From: Tubiluchus corallicola
Lineage: Eukaryota > Animalia > Priapulida
Length of the DNA stretch: 64,000 bases
Direction of reading: 5' to 3'
Assembly (NCBI GenBank): GCA_030141605.1
Contig: JAQGDQ010000058.1
Span: forward strand, 95,852-159,851
A program made the translations under genes and the position numbers. This document shows, piece after piece, positions 53,901-64,000 of the stretch. The notes under the pieces are model-generated. The model made no database searches, was not told the DNA's origin, and saw nothing but the letters and a program-made list of their open reading frames with translations. How positions within the stretch are numbered: position 1 is the stretch's first letter; each line of letters opens with the position of its first letter.

Positions 53901-55678
53901 GTAAGTAGAAAAACCTCAGTGGCACACAAACATGTGAAAACGATATTCACTAAATTATCTGTAAACAAAATTTAATAATCAGACAAATAACTAAGCGAAA
54001 GTGTAGTAAGAAAAACCTTGGATCAAATTTAAAATTAATAATGATCCCTGTAGGCTGTAGTAGCTGTACCTTGAACTGATTCAAAGATCTTGCAAATCCC
54101 ATATTAGGTGGTAGGGTCGGTATTTTAAACTTCAGCTATTTATACATGTGCAGAAATCAGCATATCCAGTTCTGTGACATGTTTCGCGGTGTATAGGGAA
54201 TAGGTCTTTCTCGCGCAGATCTAGTCTGATCTAGACGAATAGGACGTTTATACCAGAAGCAGTAAAAATTCTACGCACATGTACGTAACTATCAGCTGGC
54301 CTTGTAATCGACCATATCTAAGCGTAGTTAAACCGCACTTCTCAAGCTTTTCAGGATTACTTCTCTAATATAGGTAGGATACATATTGTCCTATGTTGCA
54401 GAGCCTTCAATGGGTCAATTATATATGCACCAGGTACATCTGATACTCAGCTTGTATTGCATAGGGCCTCGTTTGTTCGAGTTTCATTCTTATCAGGGAA
54501 ATATACAGGAGTTTGAAAGATTGAATAGTAAGGAAGCAAAAATTTGTTCACTTTTCCTTGACCATTTCAAACACATGGTTTTCAAAATTCAAGTTGAAAT
54601 TATCAAACATCACTCCAAGATGTTTTCGATTGTACTATACTGCATAGATACACTTTGACTATTGGAATCCTTCATGCAGTACATATCATCAGAGTCTTTG
54701 TTTACTGAAATAACTTTGGATTTATTTGAATGAATCTTCATGCAATTAGCAGTTGTCCATTCTTGTAGTGCAACCAAATCATGATGTAATAAAACATAGT
54801 CGTTATGTTTAACTGATGAGTTCCACACTTTCATTTCATCGGTTAACAACCTTATCTTACATTCAGTACATATATATGTATGTGTACTGAATGTAGGATA
54901 ATGATAAGCCAGCTTATATAGATACAGATAGACAGATAGGTAGATATACAAGCTGGAATATCGTTAACCATAACCACAAACAAAAGGGGTCCTTTATCAA
55001 GTTAAAAACACTTCCAGTAATACCACACCGATAAAGTTTTTTAAATAGGACTTGAGTTGGAACGGTATCGAATGCCTTCATCATATGCACCAAAATCACA
55101 TAAAAAGGTTTTCCAGCATCCTTATCTCTGAGGCATTCATTTAGGGCTGTCACGTTTACACGTGTGAACAGAGGTATTTAGTTTAGTCCGTTTACTGATT
55201 TTTCTTAATGATAAACAGTTCCCTCATATGTACTGGTAAGTGTACTATGCTTATTTATTTCTACTAATATGTATTTTCATCTAATAATAGCTAATCCATA
55301 AGTGAGATGTTTGTGAATTTATTTATTTGATCCTGGAATTGGAGGACTAAACTAGTAGGTAAACTACTAGCTTTAAATATTCCAAGTCGCTGATAAGCTT
55401 GTACAGCTGAGGCTGCTTTTTGCTCTTCCAAGGCTGTCACAGTATATTTAATCACCATTGATAATCTTTCTTACCTATCCACCTAGGAACATGCTATTTC
55501 CCTCACACTAGGGTTGAATTATTTGCATAAATGGCTTCATAAGTTTACGTAATATACATGCCCCCAAATAAGCGAGAACAGAGTGAGTATGCCATAACTT
55601 GTGGCTCATCCTGATTTTCTTAATTTTGTATGGTAGATAAATTTAACAGAACTTTAGATTAAAATTCCTTCTAAAATA

Positions 55679-56116
55679 CCGTATTTTCCCGTGTATAAGA
55701 GACCCTTTTTTGCTCAGAATTTTCACTTTAAAAATAGGGGGTCTCTTATACATGGGAGTAAGTCTTTTCAATAAGATGCATAAATTGTGACACTAATGAT
55801 TTTAAAGAAATAAGTGCTCTACAACTGTTTTGCGTGTCGCGTTCGACTATGAAGCGGTTGTAAGCAATACAAGCATCGTGACACAGGCATTATCTCCTCG
55901 TTTTCTCTTTTCCTGTTACAGGTTTGCAGGTACGCACTTTAATATATACCAGTACTCTTTTTCTACAACACATTAACTGGTTTTATTTTGTTTTCAGTAC
56001 CGCACTGAGTTGAAAAAAGTTGTACTTTACCCTCTAAAAATGTCCGTCGGAAAAAACTTTTTTCCAGAATTTTTGCCTAAAAATTGAAGGGGTCTCTTAT
56101 ACACGGGAAAATACGG
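55679..56116. mobile_element. Tc1/mariner-superfamily (Tc2-like) MITE
   Basis: Perfect 27-bp TIRs CCGTATTTTCCCGTGTATAAGAGACCC, TA on both sides, third internal TIR copy at about 55739-55756. Confidence 0.92.
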
Positions 56117-56559
56117 TACTTTCCATTTATAATAAACAGCTAGATATTAGCATAGGTTTATGACTCCAAACAAGCTAATATAGAGTTGCACTGTACAATA
56201 TTTAAAACACTGCCATTATTTAAAATATTTAGAAATAAGTTTATGTGTTAGGCTATCAAAATGTTAGATTTGAATGTAATGCTAGAAGAGCAAAACAAAT
56301 AGCTTAGTGAATCGTCTAGCAGCAGTGACTAACTAAGGCATCTAAACATTGTATTCCAAGCCGGATCAAGCAGATAAAAAACAACATTGCCATGAAAAAA
56401 GGTGATATTGCATAAGGTGACATATTAATAAAAATGTACATTTTTAAATAAACCTGGGAAATATTCATATTTGTTTGTATTCAGTCCCAGCAATAAACGA
56501 TTTATTTTGTTTTCTAACACACTTAATGGTTCAATGTGTGGATTATTGTATTGTATATA

Positions 56560-57445
56560 CAGTAGTCGCCGCTTGATAGACTCACTTGGGACCGACGTGT
56601 TTGACCCAATTAACTGATGGGTGTAGTATTACAGGTAAGTATGAGTCATCAGCTTACTATGCGCTACAAAGGTTTTAACAAATTTTAGAAACGAAGTAAT
56701 GCCTAAATCTCTTTGTGCAGTTAAAAATTAGAAAAAAATATTTTAAAATATTAATTTATATAAGTGAATTAGCAATAAATTAAAAAGTATACTTTTCTAA
56801 GTCTGTTTATTTCCAAAAATTACAAAAATTCCTTCAACGTTGGCTGCTTTCTTTTTCTCGAGAAGAAGTTGGCCCACAAAATTCTCGTAATTATAAAAAT
56901 CTGTTGTTGCACGTGACTAAAACAGCTCTCAATCATCGTCTGTTTACTTACATTGCCCTTATTTGCTGTACGATATTATACTCTTGTGAGTCACAAAGAA
57001 TACCAGCTGATTACTGTACCTGCATGAAAGGGTGATTTGCAACGAGAGCATCAAAAGGAAACCGCTAGGCAAGTGTTTAAATGTTTAGCTTCCAGGAATT
57101 GTTTGGGTAACAGTGGGCGAGTGGGTAACAGATTCAAAGCAAAACCACTAGGCTAGCATATTAGCGCATGATAAACGCACCTGCTTACAAATAAAATGGT
57201 ACTTAACATGATTGTTTCTATATACATATTGCACAAAAAGGAAGTAAAGTTGACATAAAAGTAGGAAGGACTGTTTGGGCACATACAAATATCTTATTTT
57301 AACTATGTGAAGGAAAAATATTAAGTCAATTAAGCGAAGTTATTTGAGTCAATTACCGATAGCTTTATGTATATTTGAATAGAAGCAGCCCATTCCAGGC
57401 GTTTTTGAGTCAATTAACCATGAGTCTATTAAGCGGCGACTACTG
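56560..57445. mobile_element. pogo/Tigger-like MITE
   Basis: 25-bp TIRs CAGTAGTCGCCGCTTRATAGACTCA with 1 mismatch, TA TSD, subterminal AGTCAATTA repeats. Confidence 0.92.
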
Positions 57446-59125
57446 TACAAGTTTTCACCATCCAGTCATTATGAGGGAGATTAAAATGGCCCGCAATCCA
57501 TTTATATCTCAAACAATTGATTGACATGGAAGATATTTGCTTAGTTAGCCAGTCATTGTATTTTTTAGTAGAAGACAGGATTCTATACATAACCAGGAAG
57601 CCATGTGTTTCAGCACAGGCCAACTTAATCTTTATATGGCAATCAGTTACAAAATGTTTACATTTAATTTGTACAAAATCTAACAACTTATGGGGGTATA
57701 AATGCAAACACGTCTACTCTTCATTTACATAGAGTGGGGTGCCATGCTCAGCAACAGACAGTTAATAAACTTCTAATTAGCGTTACTGAACTTTGTAATT
57801 AATTTCTATAATAGCTATTGCATGAGGTTTTTTAATTTCATTGATAATTATGACGTGTAGTTCTTGTATTTTATTGAAGACCTGATTGACACTAGCATAA
57901 AATACCTTTAAATTACAATCAACAAGGTTTCTAACTTTGAGAAATTTCCTATTATTTTTTGCAAACTTAGACCTTTTGCATTTACTGGTAGATTTTTGAG
58001 GTTTTGATGTATTTGCAAGCCACTGGCATATCAGTGTCTGGTGTCTGCTAGACTAACAGCTGTGTATACTAGTCTTGACTCTTGCTTAAAGCGATTCACA
58101 GTGTCTGTGCTAACATTTCTGTTAGGCTCCTGTAGTATATCCACATCATAACGGATCAAGCTAAAAACTGTGTCCTGTCACGCTGCTGCCGCTACACCCC
58201 TACATACTATTTTCAGTTTTTTGTTGAATTGGTGTTTTTCATATTCACGATGTTTTTAATAACTGCTTTTAATGAGTAATTTCAGCAAGTGGACACTGTG
58301 CTCGCATCGTCTGCCTTGCCAGGTAATCTTATCTGTATTATTGTACATCATTTTAAGTTGTACGTTTATTACAAGTAAGGTCTAACTTAACAAGTGTCAA
58401 AAATTAATCGTCATATTAACTCCATACCGGGAATAACTACTATAAATAAAGCATGTAAGCATTTAATACTGTAGAGAAGCCAAACTATAGCCCCCCCCCA
58501 CACACACACACAGTGCTCATTACATAGCACAGAGCAAAAAATCACAGAGCTTTTTTGTATCGTGTCAAGTTATTTAAATAAAACTGTAATCTAATACTAG
58601 GAAAAGTTTTCAGTTCAAGTGTTCAAGTAGTGGCACACTGAAGCAAGTAAGCCAACTTGTTAAAGCTGCAGCAAGATAGTGAGATGTGGGAGTAGTATGG
58701 AAGATGCAGAAGAGTGGATCTAGAGTATAACCTGGAAGAAATACAAGAAATCAGTGAAGGTGTCTTTACTATTTAATAGGCTTTTTGCAGGTACAGTAAT
58801 GCAAGCTCGTTGAATACCAGTTCGAGAGTTCTGAGTAAGCACCAGTTAGAGCCACTATTATCACTTGTCACTAATGTCGAGTAAATGTGGTAGTTCTAAA
58901 GGATTATGTTTCAAAGAATGGTAATACGACAGGTAGGATAACATTTCAGGACTTGGTGACACCTGATTTTGATATGATTTTTGATATCTGTACAATACCA
59001 ATAAAATGTTGCTCATCTATTTCATTATTTTGGTCAGCTTCAATTCACCATTTTGTAGGTCGAGAAATTAAGAGTGGTGGACGCATTGCCTGACCATTGA
59101 GACGAGGTTGTCTCCAATATCTACC

Positions 59126-59246
59126 ATGGGAAGATTAAGCAGGCAAATTGCAGATATTTTGCACAAGACTGCAGTGACAGGACTTGTAGGACTTACACTG
59201 TTTGGAAGTGGTGTTGTCCTACTAAAAACCTATCAATACTTTTCAT
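59126..59246 (+). CDS. COX14: COX14-like cytochrome c oxidase assembly microprotein, coding exon 1 (MGRLSRQIADILHKTAVTGLVGLTLFGSGVVLLKTYQYFS)
   Basis: Kozak ACCATGG, upstream acceptor ttttgtag|59059, donor T|gtacgt. Single TM helix. Aligns by eye with recalled human COX14 [34 protein letters not shown]. Confidence 0.8.
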
Positions 59247-59421
59247 GTACGTATTCAGCTAACTAGCACTTCGCTGTTTGTGAAATCTCTGCATGTTAGC
59301 ATGTGAAAAATGATTTAACGTTCATAAACTGTTTTTGATTTAACATGCGTATAATATTTTAAAAATAATGGAGAAACTAATTTGTTTTCTGCTGTGTCTT
59401 TAATGTCTTTTTTTGTTGCAG

Positions 59422-59507
59422 ATGTCCGGCCACAAAGACAAAAACTAGCACAACTAAAAGAACAAGAATTGCTTCAACAAAATTTAGACAGTGAAGAGTT
59501 ACAATGA
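59422..59507 (+). CDS. COX14: COX14-like coding exon 2 (YVRPQRQKLAQLKEQELLQQNLDSEELQ*)
   Basis: Acceptor tctttttttgttgcag. Phase 1 joins exon 1 in frame, giving a charged helical tail to TGA at 59505-59507. AATAAA at 59995-60000. Confidence 0.8.
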
Positions 59508-61104
59508 TATCATCTATAAGTCTTTCAAATACATATACATTTTTGAGATATAATAGTGCAGTCAAATGGTAAATGCTTTTCCTCACAAGAGAGAGTACAT
59601 TGTGTCTTAAATGGAACTTTGAAACAGCCTGTTTTTTAACAAGAAGCCATTGCTAGTCTGCTTGTTATAGCGTTATCTGTGATGCACGTGATGGTATGTG
59701 ACAGTACTCATAAAAATTCTTGTTTGTGTCAAGTGCGACTGGTAGAATAAGGAGCCATTAGGCTTGGGCACACAAACAGCTCCTTTATGACATAGATTGA
59801 AACCTAATCTTAGGCCTGCTCAAAAGCTAATAATAATTCCTGTTTTACTGTCAGTTAGCTGTTAAGGAGATCTAAGTCTTAACTTCAACTTTTGAAAAGT
59901 TATGACACAACGCGTTTTTGTGGAGTCTGCATTTATGAATTAGAATCATTCAGACGGCGACTCATTGAGAAGTTTCAAAGGCTTCTATATACATAATAAA
60001 AAGTTGTTAACCAACTAGGTAACTAGACAGGCAATCACTGCAAATAGTTTAAATGTTTGAAAAATTAAAATTTGTTGATTTATATTTCTCTACTACAGTT
60101 TGAATCAATGGAGCATTTTACGAATCATAAATTATGTTACAGGTTATCATGCATGAATCTTCACTGCTTTTGCAATCATGCTTGTTTTTCCAATTTGTAT
60201 GCTATCCAGCAACCTTTATTTCAATTTGCTAAATTAATATCTATAATTGTAGCTGTACCAAACTTATACTGGAATATGGATATAGAAAAATATTTTGCTT
60301 ATGTAATGCAAAAAGCTTAATATTATACTGCAAGAGTTTACAAGTTACAGTTCTAGTATCGCCATCTACAGAAAGTAAGTTGAAACTAATGTATCGAACT
60401 CAAGTTTAACCAATCATATTTTATTCGAATAAAAATTCTAGTTTTCACAACTCTGTTGAGGTTAGCAAATGATAGAAAAATCAATCACATTGTGTAACTG
60501 CCATTCTGGTGATTGTAGCAAGTTTTCATAAAACCAATTTAAAAAAAGAATTTAATGCTGTATTACAATGAAGAAAATCTAGGATCCACAAGTCATGCAG
60601 TGATGTAGGTAATAGGAATAACCGATAAATTGTAATAACTGCAGTACGTAATATTTCAATACAGTGAGTCCTGTTAATATGTACTAGCACAGCAGTGCTA
60701 AAAATAGCTGTATTAATGCTAAATATGAAAGGTTAAAAATGTACGTACACATGTATTATATTTTTATTAAAATGTGGTACTGTATACATAAATATAGGTT
60801 TTCAATTCCTATTTTACATCCATAGCATAATGGCGTATTTTATATACACAGGAATATAAGCTTTGTAACTTTTTATACAACTGGTTTTAGTATGTGCTTA
60901 GATGTGTCCTGACAAGCTGACTTTTTGCTACAATCTGCATGCTATTTTCATTTGTGATTTTGTCCAAAATTTCTAATAACCTGGGAATTAGTGAAATTTG
61001 GCAAGGTGACAAATTTAAAAAAATTGTTTTTTGTGAAAAGTGTATTCAAATGTCACTGGTTTGTGCAGTTCACAATCCTGCAAAATTTGAAATTTCTATA
61101 GTGA

Positions 61105-61217
61105 TTTTTTATGCGTAAAAAACCACGTATAATCAATAATACGCGAACATTATACCTAGTCCTCATTTATAACACAAAGCCCGTAACATCCTGCCTACTG
61201 TTTGTTTAGTTACCTAA
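61105..61217 (-). mobile_element. Helitron family A fragment
   Basis: Matches 62075-62180 (tgcgtaaaaaaccacg...gtcctcatttataacacaaagccc). Lacks the CTAG end. Confidence 0.8.
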
Positions 61218-62049
61218 CTAGCCAAACCCCACAAAAAGAATTTTGTGCACAAATCAACACACAACCCACACCACACCACTCCACCTCATCACACCACACT
61301 GCACCACACCATACCACTCCACCTCATCGCACCACACTGCACCACACAATACCACCACACCACACCATACCACTGCAGCACACCGCACCACCCACACCAT
61401 ACCACTCCACCACATCACACCACACTGCACCACACCATACCACTGCACCACCCACACCATAATACTCCACCACATCACACCGCACAGCACCACAACATAA
61501 CACCACACTGCACCACAACACCCACCCACCTACACACCACACCACACTGCACCACAACACCCACCCACCTACACACCACACCACTCACACCATACCACTC
61601 CACCACATCACACACACACCGCACCACACCATACCACTGCAGCACACCGCACCACCCACACCATACGACTCCACCACATCACACCACACCATACCACTGC
61701 ACTGCACCACCCACATACCACACCACCCACACCATAATACTCCACCACATCACACTGCACTGCACCACAACACCCACCCACACACCACGCCACCCACTCC
61801 ATACCACACTACCCACACCACACACCCTATCACCCCACCACACCATCCATAGCACAACACACAAAACTCACCACCACCACACCACATCAAATCCACCACC
61901 TCACGTGGTGATCATGATGTTGATGATGATGATGATTATGGTGGCAACGATGACGACACCTATAGTGCAAGCACCAACAGCACAGCATTACAACAAAACC
62001 ATTCCAAACATTTTTCACAAAGTTGAAACTATGTGCTATAATATAATAA
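61218..62049 (-). mobile_element. Non-autonomous Helitron, family B, carrying a CAC/CCACA-rich minisatellite
   Basis: CTAG|T at 61218-61221, hairpin CACAAAA-AGAA-TTTTGTG at 61230-61247. The same terminus and repeat recur at 63663. The 5' boundary is inferred from the next element. Confidence 0.72.
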
Positions 62050-62849
62050 ATAGCAAAGGCCCCACAAAAGATTTTGCGTAAAAAACCACGTGTAATCAAT
62101 AACACGCGAACATCCTACCTAGTCCTCATTTATAACACAAAGCCCTTAACATCTAGCCTACTGTATGTCTGTTTATCTAACGCAAACCCGTAGCAGGCAG
62201 CTTTTTGCTGAATTAAAGTTATAAGATTACAGCAGAGTACAATGGATGACGTCACAACAATGCCTTTGCGTCAGCAGTTTTCTAAGTGAAAATTGCTGAA
62301 AATAGAATATCTAATTAACTCGCCAGTACTCCTCTCGGTGGACCTGTCCTAAAATATAGCCCACACCACCGTGTAGCCCTGTCCTTCCTCTTTGTAAAGA
62401 GCTATATATCTCCTTCCGAGAGTCCCACCAGGCGCCGCTAGAACGTTTTTTCCACAGGCTGTTTGGTCAAAATTTCGAAAAAATCGCGAGTTGTGTCCGG
62501 GAAAACGCCCGTTGCGGGACCCCGTGGCCCTCTCGCGAATTCTAAATAGGCCTATGACACCCATCGCTGAACGGGCTATCTATCCATACCCAGCACCCCC
62601 CTTGGCCCATTCCCGTTTTCTACATCTCAGCCATATAACTTTTGCAAAAAACGGCCGAAAAATGGCCATTTTTCGAGGTTTTTCGCCTCCCCTTCCTCGT
62701 GGTGGGCCCGATTCGAAAAATAAACCATCAATGAGAAGACACTAGATCGAGACCTTTCGTTTGATATATAGATCGCCGCAAATGGTGCCCTCGTCGAAGC
62801 TGTAGCCTCGAATCTTATATATTAAGCCCATACCAAGAATATTAATATA
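62050..62849 (-). mobile_element. Helitron family A, tandem copy
   Basis: Near-identical to 62850-63662. Variant terminus (plus strand ATAGCAAAGGCCCC) and imperfect hairpin. Confidence 0.85.
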
Positions 62850-63662
62850 CTAGCAAAGGCCCCGCAAAAGATTTTTCGTATAAATACACATGTAATCAAT
62901 AATACGCGAACATCCTACCAAGTCCTCATGTATAACGCAAAGCCCGTAACATCCTGCCTACTGTTTGTCTGTTTATCTAACGCAAAGCAGCTTTTACAGA
63001 ATTAAAGTTATAAGATTATAGGCAGAGTACAATGGATGACGTCAGAACAATGGCTTTGCGTCAGCAGTTTTCTAAGCGAAAACTGTCGAAAATAGAACAT
63101 CCAATTAACTGGTCGGTACTCCTCTCGGTGGACCTGCCCTAAAATATAATTCACATCATCGTGTAGCCCTGTCCTTCCTCTTTGTAAAGAGCTATATATC
63201 TCCTTCCGAGAGTCCCACCAGGCGCCGCTAGAGCGTTTTTTCCGCAGGCTGTTTGGTCAAAATTTCGAAAAAATCGCGAGTTGTGTCCGGGAAAACGCCC
63301 GTTGCGGGACCCCGTGGCCCTCTCGCGAATTCTAAATAGGCCTATGACACCCATTGCTGAACGGGCTATCTATCCATACCCAGCACCCCCCTTGGCCCAT
63401 TCCCGTTCTCTACATCTCAGCCGTATAAATTTTGCAAAAAACGGCCGAAAAATGGCCATTTTTCGAGGTTTTTCGCCTCCCCTTCCTCGCGGTGGGCCCG
63501 ATTCGAAAAATAAACAATCAATGAGAAGACACTAGATCGAGACCTTTCGTTTGATATATAGATCGCCGCAAATGGTGCCCTCGTCCGGGCTGTAGCCTCG
63601 AATCTTATTTATAAATAAATATATTAAGATACCAAGAATATTAATATAAGAGTATAGATAGA
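62850..63662 (-). mobile_element. Helitron family A, complete copy
   Basis: Minus strand begins TCTATCTATACT at 63662 and ends hairpin-GGGCCTTTGCTAG|T at 62850. These are canonical TC...CTAG termini with no TSD. Confidence 0.88.
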
Positions 63663-64000
63663 CTAGCCAAACCCCACAAAAAGAATTTTGTGCACAAATC
63701 AACACACAACCCACACCACACCACTCCACCTCATCACACCACACTGCACCACACCATACCACTCCACCTCATCGCACCACACTGCACCACACAATACCAC
63801 CACACCATACCACCTACACACCACACCACCCACACCATACCACTCCACCACATCACACCACACTGCACCACACCATACCACTCCACCTCATCGCACCACA
63901 CTGCACCACACAATACCACCACACCGCACCACACCATACCACCTACACACCCACCATACCACTCCACCACATCACACCACACTGCACCACACCATACCAC
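63663..64000 (-). mobile_element. Helitron family B, second copy (runs off the window)
   Basis: CTAGCCAAACCCCACAAAAAGAATTTTGTGCAC is identical to 61218 onward and is followed by the same CAC-rich repeat. Confidence 0.78.

Larger units (their letters stand above)
54100..58320 (-). mobile_element. Decayed, near full-length CR1-like LINE interrupted by two MITEs
   Basis: Endonuclease motif IAGHFNLPHNDW (~57460-57500). RT motifs KAFDTVP..LFKKL...GITG and IRLLTDEMKVW...DLVALQEW. C-terminal LEKCGLTTLRYGRLQGQLIVTY (~54280-54350). Many stops and frameshifts. Joining all pieces into one element is inference. Confidence 0.8.

Noticed and set aside
58600-58732. Strong minus-strand acceptor followed by the frame YTLDPLFCIFHTTPTSHYLAAAL...
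   Set aside because: No recognisable homology and no partner exon. It could still be a BANP UTR exon or TE debris.
61245-62081. 278-aa His/Thr/Pro-rich ORF, the longest in the track
   Set aside because: It is a stop-free reading of the CAC-rich minisatellite inside Helitron B and is open in several frames.
62349-63535. Duplicated 67-84 aa ORFs (MCPGKRPLRD..., MGVIGLFRIR...)
   Set aside because: They lie in GC-rich Helitron A copies, are disrupted in the copy at 1463-2176, and show no Rep/helicase motifs.

Overview
AT-rich, intron-containing animal (invertebrate-like) genomic DNA, not prokaryotic. Nearly all entries in the ORF track are microsatellite or chance ORFs. Two spliced genes can be rebuilt by hand, arranged head to head. 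One is a minus-strand BANP/SMAR1 orthologue (BEN domain, 11 coding exons, 52382->40299, about 407 aa, all intron phases consistent). The other is a plus-strand COX14-like microprotein (2 coding exons, 59126-59507, 68 aa) that the ORF track misses. The 6.6 kb between them is mostly decayed LINEs carrying two intact Tc1/mariner-type MITEs. The first ~36 kb has no recognisable gene, retains CpG, and holds microsatellites, SINEs, LINE fragments, one Helitron and a long inverted repeat. The 37-61 kb region looks CpG-depleted. The window ends in a head-to-tail array of two related non-autonomous Helitron families. All identifications come from motif recognition by eye; no database search was run, and repeat boundaries without clear termini are approximate.
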